Below, one piece after another: positions 1 through 12,223 of a stretch of 64,000 bases of DNA (positions are counted from its first letter, which is position 1; each line of letters begins with the position of its first letter). Origin of the DNA: Azolla caroliniana (lineage: Eukaryota; Plantae; Polypodiophyta); NCBI GenBank assembly GCA_043228905.1, contig JBHGNT010000012.1, positions 1 through 64,000 on the forward strand, in the 5' to 3' direction. The translations under genes were made by a program, and so were the position numbers. The notes beneath the pieces are model-generated. The model made no database searches. It worked only from the letters and a program-made list of their open reading frames with translations, and was not told where the DNA came from.

Positions 1-311
1 CCCAAAAATAAAGGAGCTATTGCCTCACCATGACCACCACCTCCTCCTCAACACATACACATACATATATATAATCACACACTCCTCCATCTTCATCTCC
101 AACACCCCCCCTACTAGCCCTTCCTTCTCTTCTCTTCTCTCCTTCACTAGAGAGGCCCTAGAAGCCCCCGTGCGTCCTCGGCCCTCGACCTTCCCTAAGC
201 CTCGAGCCACCCGAGTTCGTTCGAGCTTCGCCCCCGGCCTCTCTCTACCTCTCTCTTTGTCGTGTGTGTGTGTGTGTGTGCACGAGTGTGTGTATCCGTC
301 CGTCTTCGATA

Positions 312-1863
312 ATGGCCCATTCCAATGGTAGCTTCAAGGCCGTACCCCGAAAGATGGAGCGTGCCGATGGCCCCGCCACCGTCCTCGCCATTGGCACCGC
401 CAACCCCCCCAATGTGTTCTATCAGAGCGACTACCCCGAGTTCTACTTCAACATCACCAATAGCAACCACATGTCCGAGCTCAAGGAGAAATTCCAGCGC
501 ATGTGTAAGCACCACCACCTCTTCTATTCTCTTATCTTTTAACACACACACACACACAAATTTATAGAAGAAGATCAAGCTTAGGTCACACACAAGCATT
601 TGAATATGTATGTACTCAATAATTGTCATCTCTAAACCCCCCCAAGAAAAACACAACAAATTCAAGCACTAAATCTCCATGGATCCGATCCCGCCCAATG
701 TTGTTAAAATCCCGATTTGATTCTTTTCACGATCGTGATGATGGGCATGGCCGGACACTGATCGATAGTTTTATTTGGTTATAGGTGACAAGTCGGGGAT
801 CCGGAAGAGGTACATGCACTTGAATGAGGAGATATTGAAGGCGAACCCGAGCATGTGCGCGTACTGGGAGAAGTCGCTCGACGTGCGCCAAGACATGGTG
901 GTGGTGGAGGTGCCGAAGCTCGCGAAAGAGGCGGCCACCAAGGCGATCAAGGAATGGGGGCAGCCCAAATCCAAGATAACCCACTTGGTCTTTTGCACAA
1001 CAAGTGGTGTGGACATGCCGGGGGCCGATTGGGCCTTGACCAAGCTCCTAGGCCTACGGCCCACAGTGAAGCGCCTCATGATGTACCAACAAGGTTGCTT
1101 CGCGGGCGGGACGGTCATGCGGATAGCCAAGGATCTCGCCGAGAACAACAAGGGTGCCCGCGTGTTGGTCGTGTGTAGCGAGCTGACCGCGGTCACATTC
1201 CGGGGGCCTAGTGAGACCCACCTCGACAGCCTCGTGGGCCAGGCATTGTTCGGGGATGGGGCCGGGGCAGTCATTGTCGGGGCCGACCCGATCCCCGTGA
1301 TCGAGCGCCCGTGGTTCGAGGTCCACTATGTTGCGTCCAACATTTTGCCCGACTCGGACGGGGCCATAGACGGACACCTCCGGGAAGTTGGCCTCACATT
1401 CCACCTAATGAAAGACGTGCCCGGGATCATCTCCAAGAACATCGGAGGAGTTCTCAAAGACGCATTCGACACTGTCTTCGCCAATACCAATGACTCCGAG
1501 GAGCCAGCCCCGAGCCTCAATGACGTGTTCTGGATCGCCCACCCCGGTGGCCCCGCCATCTTGGACCAAGTAGAACAAAAGCTCAACCTCAAGCCCGAGA
1601 AGATGGCCCCGAGCCGCCACATCTTGTCGGAGTTCGGCAACATGTCGAGCGCGTGCGTGCTCTTCATCATGGACCACATGCGCAAGTCTTCGGTCGAGCA
1701 GAAGCTCGCAACCACCGGGCAAGGCCACGAATGGGGCCTTCTACTTGGCTTCGGGCCCGGCCTCACTTGCGAAACTGTGCTCCTCCGAAGTGTCCCCCTA
1801 GTCCATGAGGACAACTCTACGGTACCGGCTGTGACGGAAGCACCCATATCCACCTCCGTCTGA
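312..1863 (+). CDS. CHS: Chalcone synthase (type III PKS), 2 exons: 312-504, 785-1863; about 423 aa
   Basis: Single GT-AG intron (505-784) splits the conserved Cys codon (T|GT), as in plant CHS. Catalytic Cys (QQGCFAGG), His (IAHPGG) and Asn (GNMSSA), gatekeeper Phe residues (ALFGDG, LTFHL) and the GFGPG loop are all present. Confidence 0.96.
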
Positions 1864-4339
1864 AACCGGGAGGGCCGAACCCAATATAATTCGATCTCTA
1901 CCGACCCCTCCTTAATCCATCTTCATTTACGCCTACCACACAATCAATGTTCCAAGGGATGCTTAAATGCAATGTTCTTTTAAGTGATCTAAGTAGTACT
2001 TACTTAGTACTACTACTATAGGTAAAAAATGCAAGCAAGTAACACTTTGGAGCTTGAATTCTCCTCATCTTCTCTCTTAATATGCTCCTTTTAAGTAGTA
2101 TAATAATGCATGACCATGCTCCAAAACCTATTCAATATGTTAATAGAAATTCTCTTCCTTTGTTATACATACTTGTCATGGTGCCTCCATTTCTTGTTCC
2201 TTGCAAAGCACTTCTTGCATGTGAGCATTTTGTCTCTTGTGTTCCATTATTGTCCGGTCCACACTGTGCACTCTCACCCCCAACCATCATTTATAGACAT
2301 TGTGCTTCATGCATTAACAATTTGTCTCATTTGACGTTTGATTTTCTTATCGACCAACTAAAGTGACCTCAAGTCTTCCAAATATATCGTATCTTTACAC
2401 ATATGCCTTGCGTAACCTTCGTTTGTGGAGAGACATTTCTCACTCATTTATCAAAAGTTCCTCTCCATGCATCAAGTGATTAGAGGACAACCAAAAAAAG
2501 ACATATTTATAGGAACTTACTACAAGTTTTTACACATATTTACTAGAATTTGGTCCTTCATGTAATGAATCCCAAAATAGCATTGGTGTACAAGTGAATG
2601 AGATCACTTTTTTACCTCAAAGATTCTGGTTGTCCTTTTGGTTGTTGTTATGCATGAAACTTAAGGTCTAGAACAAATATATGTGTGTGTGTGTGTGTGT
2701 GTGTGTAAGGTGAATTAATTCACCATATGATTTTTGTCCAAAGGTTTTATGGATTGTAGCCTTTTAGTACCACCATGAAACTTGAAAGTTCCACCTATTT
2801 TTACACCAAGGCAAAGGGTTTCTTGCAGTATCCGCAATAAGTGGGCTTATACAGTAAAGAGATAGCAGTTGTCTTTTTGTTTTTGGGCTCCTTAGGGCGG
2901 AGTCATGTTATGATGTGCGAATATCAAAACATCGTGGAACTATATTATCGATGTGTTGCAAGTATTACATGTTATTCTTGGGATTGAGATGAGTTTTGGT
3001 TCCATAGAAAAAATAATCTTGGCCCAACTCATACAAAATTATGCCTTGAGGAAAATATAATCATCTCGATTCTAAACCCTGTGGGAGAAAGTAAATGAGA
3101 GATCTCAAACTTCATGTTGAATACAATCATCTTGGAGAGCTGTAAAACCTACCTCAAGTCTCTCGGAAAGTGTAGAAGTAATCTCAAGCAACTTTTTATT
3201 TGGCATATGCCATACAAAAGAAGGATTCTGATATATCTTCATGTGCATGATAAAGCATGTGCTTTTATAACTATCGAACTAAAAAATCATCATTGATCCA
3301 TGAATTTGTTTTGAATAATAACGCTCCATTAGGATTCATAGCTTCTCCCCCATTTAAAGTTAGTGTGCCATTTCTTATCAACAAGTTGCATCTACGTTGG
3401 GATTCATGATTACGCTTCATCATAGATTCTATCGAGACCATAAAAACTAAAACAATACATATGCCTTGATTTTGAAATCTGAAGCTATAAGTTACAACTC
3501 TACACAAATGGAGGCAAATTGTTGGATTAGAGAAATGAATGTCCCCTTCTAAGAATGGCATCAATAAGGGGGGCATGTTGATACAATTAAAAACAGAGAG
3601 CAACCTCAAGAAAGGAGGAGAAAACATTATCGTCACTTTCTATGATACATACTATTGACCATTGCATATCTCAAGGGGGTTTAGGTGCATTTTACTTGTT
3701 GAAGGGGGTCTTCATTGCAATATCAATTTTGTACAGGAGGGTTCTCTTTTGTATGTCTTTGGCTTGTTGGCCAAGAGCTTTGAACCAAGTTTGGAAGACA
3801 CATATTAACATCTCATGGGTAAAGCTAACTTGGCCTTTTCGGGGGTTGTTGGAAAGAAGGGGAAATCTTTTTAACCCCAAGGCTCTTTTACTATTGAGAA
3901 TCAAGAGTTCGCAATTTCACCAAAGGAACAAGTATATGCAACATGCTCAAATTTTGACAATTAAAAAAACTCACACTACACTAAAGTTTCTCACATAGTT
4001 AACATAAATTAACTTAGACATTTGATATTAAGCTTGTGTGTTATACAAAACTCCCAATTGCGTAACTAAAGACTCGCAAATAAATTCACAAGAACCTCGA
4101 AATCTTAAACACTAGGCACATCCAAAATTATAATACACAAAAAGTTGCAATAACAATGAATCATTCACATGTGCTTTGTTTTGGCGTTCTATAGTTGCTA
4201 CAACTATTTTTACTTATTTATAAATTACGAAGACAAAACCACACTTGCTAACCTTAAAAAATAATTGTATGTATTGTTACGTTTAAAGGCTATATATTGT
4301 GTCTACCTTCCTATATTGAATGGGCAAGTTGGAAGGTAA

Positions 4340-5820
4340 TATTTCATTTGCATAGTTCTTCTAAAAGTAACTTTATTGAGATAGCCACTTGAAAGGTGTT
4401 GCAACCTTCGAGGTGAATATTGGTAGTCGTATTCCATGTATCATTAATAATCCTAAATACAAGATCAATAGAATCATCACATGGCCACTTTCCAATCAAA
4501 CTACATGCACATATGTGGAGAACGTTGAATGCCATTACAAATTTTACCACTTGCCAAACATCCACCCTACATCGAGATGTTTACCATGTGTGCTAAGAGA
4601 GAAATCTCATGGGAGAGTTTTCACAAGAAGAGGATCTATTACTCCTAGACACATGTACACTAACCTAAAGTCTTCGTATATGTTATATATATGTATCCAT
4701 AAAACAATGTGCAACGTGCAACATACAAACGTGTCCCATGCATGCATAACATATATTTTAGTGGATAATGATACTTGCCTCTCCTCACTATGTATATCAT
4801 CCATATTTCATATTCTCCAAAACACCAATATACGCATTTTGTATGATACTACCAATGAATGCGTAGATTTTTTCGACTACTCATACACACATATAGATAT
4901 GTTGTCCAACAAGCCCCGACTTCAATAATGCTTGAAGCAATCAAGTGTCACCTAATGCATTGGTGTGAGCATGTAGATAGATATGCACAATATTGCCTCA
5001 CTAATTGTTGCACGACACCAAATGCTCAACTACAACTTCAAATATTTATCGTGTACTTGATATCAAAGTTCATGATGTTGTAACTTGTACTATCTTGAAC
5101 AAGCGCATTGAGTCATATAAAGTGATCCTGATATTTTGTGGGTTGTGCCCTACATAAAGAAATGCATAAAGTGTTGGGACATGGAATTTGTCACCACAAT
5201 ATATCAAGACTACACTTAGAACCTACAAATTTTCAATATGTGCATACAAAGATTGGAAATCATCTATATGTAAATATCACAACCTTAAGGAAACACGAAA
5301 CCAACCAAACTTGTATATGCAGACATTATGTAAATATCAGGGTGTCAAGCGCACTGAGTCGTATAAAGTGATCCTGACATTTTGTGGGTTGTGCCCTACA
5401 TAAACAAATGCATCAAGTGTTGGGACAAGGAAGTTGTCACCCTGATATATCAAGAATACACTTAGAACCTACAAAAATTCAATATGTGCATACAAAGATT
5501 GGAAATCATCTATATGTAAATATCACAACCTTAAAGAAACACAGAACCAACCAAACTTGTATATGCAAACATTATGTAAATATCAGGGTGTCAAGCGCAT
5601 TGAATCGTATAAAGTGATCTTGACATTTTGCGGGTTGTGCCCTACATAAACAAATGCATCAAGTGTTGGGACAATGAAGTTGTCACCCTGATATATCAAG
5701 AATACACTTAGAACCTACAAATTTTCAATATGTGCATACAAAGATTGGAAATCATCTATATGTAAATATCACAACCTTAAGGAAACACGGAACCAACCAA
5801 ACTTGTATATGCAAACATTA
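4340..5820 (-). mobile_element. Highly decayed hAT-like transposase relic
   Basis: Minus-strand fragments with stops and frameshifts: SVVLDI..D, DHFI*LNALVQDSTS, HQCIR*HLIAS, VEKIYAFIGS, DVGW. They fall in the order expected for hAT motifs (DE.TD, CxxH, RW). Confidence 0.4.
5101..5820. repeat. Tandem repeat, 246-bp unit x about 2.9
   Basis: The motif AAGCGCA(T/C)TGA..TATAAAGTGATC recurs at 5101, 5347 and 5593. ORFs 5138 and 5384 are near-identical. Confidence 0.95.
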
Positions 5821-7657
5821 TTTTAAAGTTTTAACTAAAGTACGAAATTAAAGAAAGTTCGCATTGGTGTAAGAGTAGATGCAATTGGCGTGTTATAATT
5901 CTATAGTAGCTACATTTTATGAGATCATAGTTACTAGCATTATGTTAAGTGTATATTACTAAACAATAGAAGAAATTAAAGCAAAATAAAGGTAAATAGA
6001 TTGGATAGAAGAACCCATTCCACTCGACCGCCCCCAAGCTATGATCAAGACATAGCCAACCTACCATCAACGTCCCATATGACGGATCTTAGGATGACTA
6101 ATACTTTGGAAGTGATAACACAATCATAATGATGAAAGTTTAGCCTTCACCACTAGTGTCTTAAGACGATAGCCTTCCGATGTAACATGTTTGATGAGGG
6201 TAGGTAGGCTTCATATTTATACCTCTTCCTAGGCCCATCGAATAAATGTGCCTTTCGGCCCCTTGAATAGATGTGCCTTTCAAAAAGACTACCCATTCAT
6301 TGGTTGTCAAGATCATGATAGTGCATGCACTAATAATTCCTTCTATCCAATCATATTACGTAGTTCTTTTCTAATACTAGTGAACATACCCTTCACTTAC
6401 GTAAATATTAGTGACCTACCCTCACTTACGTTATGTGTGCATAACACGTTATGTGATCTAGAGAGTAGCGTATATGTGTCTAGTTATTTAGAGATAAAAA
6501 TAATCTGGGTTGGAATGAAAGTAATTAAGAAAGAAGAAAGGTTGGCCGTAATTATTCCTTTGTTATTGAAAAAATCACTTAAACACTACCTTTTAGAGAT
6601 TTCAGATTTTGTGGAGCCAAATTTTTTGGCCAAGGTTGATGATTTGTGCATTTTTCATGGCCCATATTCATGATCAATGCCATGATATGAACAATCTCCA
6701 CATAACACAAACCTATCCTAGGGACATGCACACATCTTCACCCTTCTATTCCAAGGTGGCATTAAGCGAATGTCTTTATGATAAATGCATACATGGAATG
6801 CTTCAAAAAGAGCACACATTGACATTTTGGAGATTTTCCATATATGTATATGTTTTTTACCATTTTGAGTTATTACGTTACGAATGAAAGCTATACTGAT
6901 ACATACATAAAAGGGTTTATGCTTCCCAGCATCACTATATTTCTTTCACTTTCATAAACAAAAATAAATCTCCCCATTGTGGTCGAGACTCGAACAAAAG
7001 CTTTTTCTTTAACAAAACATTTGGAAATAAAAGGGGGGGGGGGGGCGGAATACCACTAACTTATTGACAAATGACAAAAATACCCCTTTGTTGTCTTAAT
7101 GTATAAGAGAACTTGTGGTTAACTTTATTTAATACAGGGTACAAAATATATATACCCCTGGTTTTCAAACAAATTTATTAGGCACCGATAAAGAGAGAGA
7201 TTAAAATGAACACCAATATCATTGTTAATGCTAATCGGAGAAGGGAGCAACGCTTATTGTGACACTGAGCAATGCTAGCTAATTGAAGTGGACCAACCCC
7301 AAGGCAAGAAAAAAACAAAAACAAAATAGAAAATTGGAAGAAGACGAGAATGGGGAGGTACAACAATTATGGCAGAGGTAAACAAGGGTTGATCGAAAAG
7401 CGTTATGTGTTAAGCTAAAAAAAGAAAAACAAAAAGGAAGACAAAAAAAAGAACCAGCCCTTGTGGCTATCCGACCAACATAAAGGCTCAAGAGAGAGTG
7501 GGCACGACAAACCTAGAGCCTCGGCGCTTTAGTCGAATGATGTTGAGACTCAAGAGGTTGGGCACACAAAGGGAGCTATAGACCTTGGACATGGGTGTCT
7601 CCGCACGCCCAACAAAAATACTCGTAGTAGTAGTATATATGTTTAAATGTATGCATG

Positions 7658-8127
7658 CATAGTATGAACCATACGTGCATTCGCATTCGCAAATGTCACG
7701 ACTCTCAACCATAGTACGTAAAATTTGTGTTCGTCTAGCATAGGATTCGTTTTCCTACGTTGGAAACGAATGCCAATGTTATTCAAACATTCTTGTTTTT
7801 TCCCGTTTTTTTCCATTTTTTAAGGCTTATTTACCTCATAATAAATAGTAAATCCAAAAGAATGCGAATGCACGTATGGTTCATACTATGGTCTCAACCA
7901 TTCGAGTATGGTAAACACCCTCGAAGAATGGTGAATACCAACTATTTATTTATTATGAGAAAAAAAACAAAAAAAGGGGGAAAAAGCATAAGAATGTTTG
8001 AATAACATTCGCGTTCGTTTTCCAACGTAGGAAAACGAATGTTAATTTTACGTACTATGTGTCCATCTCCTTTATTTAGTTAGCATTTTTACATACACGA
8101 ATGAACACGAATTTTACGTACTATGGT
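7658..8127. mobile_element. Foldback/MITE-like element with interleaved inverted repeats
   Basis: Inverted-repeat pairs: 7658-7688/7860-7890 (perfect, 31 bp), 7708-7734/8101-8127, and 7745-7794/7990-8040. Confidence 0.7.
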
Positions 8128-8264
8128 ATGCATGCATACATGTATGCATGCATGTATGTGTGTGTGTGTTTCTACATATATATGTATACAGTATGATATG
8201 TATGTATGTATGTATGTATGTATGGAGGAGGTGTTCCTTTCATGATGATCTTCCGACATATCTC

Positions 8265-8567
8265 AGAGACAGAGAGACAGTGTGTGTGTGTGTGTGAATG
8301 AGAGAGAATCTAGAGAGAGAATCTAGAGAGAGACAGAGAGACAGTGTGTGTGTGTGAATGAGAGAGAATCTAGAGAGAGAGAGAGAGACAGATACAGAGA
8401 CTGAGAGAGGTGGAGTGTATGTGTGTGTGTGAATGAGAGAGAATCTAGAGAGAGAGAGACAGATACAGAGACTGAGAGAGGTGGAGTGAATGTGTGTGTG
8501 TGTGTGTGAATGAGAGAGAGAATCAGATGCAATCCTCTGGGTTTTCTAAAAGGAGGAAAAAGGTGTT

Positions 8568-8646
<79 letters not shown>

Positions 8647-8672
8647 GTCTCTGTCTCTGTCTCTCTATCTCT
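8265..8672. repeat. Compound (GA)n/(GT)n/(CA)n/(CT)n microsatellite block upstream of the remorin gene
   Basis: Directly visible; includes a recurring GTGTGAATGAGAGAGAATC(TAG) unit. Confidence 0.95.
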
Positions 8673-9119
8673 CACAATCAGGAAAAGACATAAGTTTTCA
8701 TGTTTACTTGAGAGAGAAAGTAGTAGAAGCAGCAGGGGAGAGAAGGACAGCTCTGACCACCCACCCCTCCCCCCATATATTCTTTCCCCATCGTCTTCCT
8801 TCCACCTCCTCCTCTCTGTGGAAATAACCATAAGAGTGAAAGGGATTCTATGTCTGTCTTCAACACTTCATACAAAGAAACCAGAAGAAGCAGAAGCTAT
8901 ATTGCAGAAGGGAGTTAAGCTTGAGAGCTCATGTCATGGCTTGTAGAGAGAGACCTAATTGCAAAGTATGTCCTTTGTGCACATACATGTATGTATGTAC
9001 TTACTTATGTCTGTCCTGTATGCATCCATGCATGCAGAGTAATATTCACATGCATGCATGCATATTACTTGACATATATGCATGGGTATGAATGCGCATA
9101 TTGTGAATGTATGTTTTTG

Positions 9120-9420
9120 GATTAACATATGTGCGTGTATGGAATGATGAATGTATATATGAATTAACATACATACATACATATATTATCTGTCTGTCTG
9201 TCTCTATGTGTATGCCTATCTGTATGGAATGATGAATGTATATATGAATTAACATACATACATACATACATATATTATCTGTCTGTCTGTCTCTATGTGT
9301 ATGTATGCCTATCTGTATGGAATGATGAATGTATATATGAATTAACATACATACATACATGCATATATTATCTGTCTCTATGTGTATGCTTATCTATATG
9401 GATATGAATTACCATACATA
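9120..9420. repeat. Tandem repeat of about 85-93 bp x about 3, in the probable 5' UTR intron of remorin
   Basis: The unit ATTAACATACATAC..ATATATTATCTGTC..GGAATGATGAATGTATATATGA is repeated. Confidence 0.85.
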
Positions 9421-9640
9421 TTATATGCATGGATGTATTTAGCTGTGTATTTGAATAACTAACCTGTATTGTTTATGTATATCTTGTATTTCCCCACTCC
9501 TAACACAATGTTAGGTTTATAGCAGTTTATCCATGCCATGGAAGAAGTGAAGGGGTAGAGTGGAGGTACTTCTAAAATGTGCATTGCTAGGTTTCCATTT
9601 CCTTAATAAATAGCTGAGAGGGCATTTTTAATCGACAACA

Positions 9641-11214
9641 ATGACAATGATGATGGCCGTGACTCCGAGGTCCATGATTCAACATCCCAATGCAGGTGGG
9701 TATTTGTGGCTTGATTGATGTACCATAATTCAATCATAATGGAAATGATGGCCCTGATGAGATTGTATGCACTACTATGTTGCAGGACCATGGCCCGTCG
9801 AAATAACTGGGCCGATGATGAGACCATGTCCACTCAGAGTATCATCGCCAGGATCAATGGTTTCTCCAACTGGTGAGCTCATACATACCACTAATATGCA
9901 CACATACATATACTCACACATTCTTTACTAAAAGTATGTTATGCCAGCCAAAGTCGAAGATATTGCCAGGTTTCGGAATTGCCCAAGGCCACACTTGACA
10001 ACTTTAAGTGACTACATACAATCCGATGATACTGCCTCTGTAGATTGTTATTCCAATGGTCATGAAGACCGAGCTTCTTGCCCGGTTGATCAAGGCACGA
10101 AACCGTTGTACACATCTGGTCATCCAAAAGCCGGAATACCACATTCTAAATGGAATGAGGCTCAGAGATGGCTCATCAGTCAGTCTTCTGGAGGGGTCCT
10201 CGATGCGAAAGCATCTGAAACGCAAAGCCGAGACTACAATAATGGAGGGATGTATTATTCTTCATGCCAAAAAGACTTATTACCAGGAAAACAATGTGGG
10301 CACCGAACCCATGATTGGGAAAAAGATGCATCGCCACATCCATGGAAAAGCTCAGGAACAAGTGGCGGAGCATGGACAAAGAAAATGACAAGCTTGTCTC
10401 CCAAGGCTAATAATGATCATAACAATGCAAGCAAGTTTGAGTTCACATCTGTTCCTTCTCCCTTACCAGAAGAACGATTGTTGGACCGATACTCGGCCAC
10501 CAATGTATCTGCTAATGATGTGAAAGAAGCTAACATAAAATATGGAAGAAATTGTGGCGAGATGTTTGCGGTGTCGACATCGAGGACCCGGAAGCCTATA
10601 TCAGATTCATTTATTTCCCGTAAGTGTAGATTGTAATGTTCATGATGGGGTTTTAGTGTTGTTCCTTGTTGGGCACATTAGCATGTTTGTACTAATTTGA
10701 AACACATTATCTTTAACTTTTTAATGCTCCAGCCGTGTCTTCGGTGCACTCAGTCTCAATGAGGGACACAGGAACAGAAATGACACCTATAGCGAGCCAA
10801 GAACCATCCCGGACTGGTACACCTATTCGAGCCACAACCCCGACTTTGCAAAGTCCAGTTTCCTCATGCCCACCTTCACCAAGACACAGCTGCTCTCGGG
10901 TACCTCTAAAAGGAGAAACTCGTAACAATGCTCGTCGGATCAAAATGAGCATACTCCCTTGGAGACGCACAGAAGAAGTGAATGTTGATGCATCCACATC
11001 ATTGAAGAATGTTGGAATGCAAGATGGACGAACGAACGTGTTGGAATTGAGAGCTGCTGCATGGGCGAATGCAGAACAATCCAAATACATGGCCAGGTGC
11101 TTTGTTTTGTGTGAAAGTGATGTTCTAACGTTTTGTACGAAATGCTCCCTAGTGTTATATCGAAGTCATAACTCCTCAACTGGACTGGCATAATCCATGT
11201 TACAAGGATGCTGC

Positions 11215-11245
<31 letters not shown>

Positions 11246-12223
11246 CACATGTAGTTAATAAGGCCAGAGAGATTGATCTATTGGTTCTTTGCCGTGTGGC
11301 TGGAATTGTTTTGATAGCTGTGGTTCGGACATAGAGCTATGGTTTCTTTGTTTATATGGGCATGGGTGTAGTCTGGTTAGCTATGATCTAGAGATAGCCC
11401 TAGGGTTTCATGGAGTTTGGACATAGACCTAGTGTTTGGCGATATGTAGACAATGGGGATAATCTAGATGTATATCATAATAGGCAAGGACATAGACCCA
11501 GGGTTTTGAGGTATATAAAGGAGTACACTTTCTGTATAGCTATGGTATGGAAATAAACCTAAGGTTCATGGTTCATAAAAAATACATGTGATTATCGTTG
11601 AAGTGATTGGCCAATCTCAAGCTTTTGTAAATGGTCATGAAAGTCTTTAGTTAGGATGATTGGATGTTTGTGGTGATTTATTGATGCATGAAATACTAAT
11701 GGTTGTGGAAAGTCCATCTCATTTGCAATAATTTTCTATCATATTGTCAGATTCAAACGCGAAGAAGCAAAGATTCTAGCTAGGGAGAACCGTGAAAAGG
11801 CGAAAGCTGAAGCTGAAATATGGCGAGCCGAGGTATGCATGGCCGTTACCTGACATTAACCTTCGAAATGAAACTTCATGTAATGTGCAAAACGTTAACC
11901 TTTGAAATGAAGCGTCATTTAATGTGCAAAGGGAACTTTATAGGGGTATTAGAGTGTCAATGTTACCATTAAAAATGGGAAGGTCTTAACTTTCTTTAGC
12001 TTTGAATGCACAGGTGAAGGCTGATAAGTTAAGATCACATGCTCATGAGAAGCTAATGAAGAAAGTTGCAAGTGCCCGACAGAAGGCCGAAGAGCGTCGG
12101 GCTGCGGCTGAAGCCAGAAGATGCCAACATGCTTCGAAGACTGCCCATCTTGCCGAGCAAATACGGCACACTGGTCGGCTGCCATCTTCGTTTTCATTCT
12201 TCGGCTTTGCTTTCTGTCATTAA
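9641..12223 (+). CDS. Remorin with long disordered N-terminus (group 6-like); exons 9641-9695, 9786-9872, 9948-10619, 10733-11096, 11751-11832, 12014-12223; about 489 aa
   Basis: Six exons join in frame (1470 nt). Motifs SKWNEAQRWL and SMRDTGTEMTPIASQEPSRTGTPIRATTP, a Remorin_C coiled coil (AAAWANAEQSKYMARFKREEAKI...KAEERRAAAEARR) and a C-terminal FCH. The start codon is less certain than the downstream exons. Confidence 0.9.

Noticed and set aside
727-1853. Overlapping and antisense ORFs within CHS (and likewise within the subtilase and PPR)
   Set aside because: Shadow ORFs caused by codon bias in the real genes.
2200-3700. Retroelement gag relic on the minus strand (YCGYCKKP zinc-knuckle-like at about 2830)
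   Set aside because: A single short motif, too decayed to delimit or classify.
8323-9360. ORFs with CVCV, HTHT, LSLS and ERER runs
   Set aside because: Translations of dinucleotide microsatellites.
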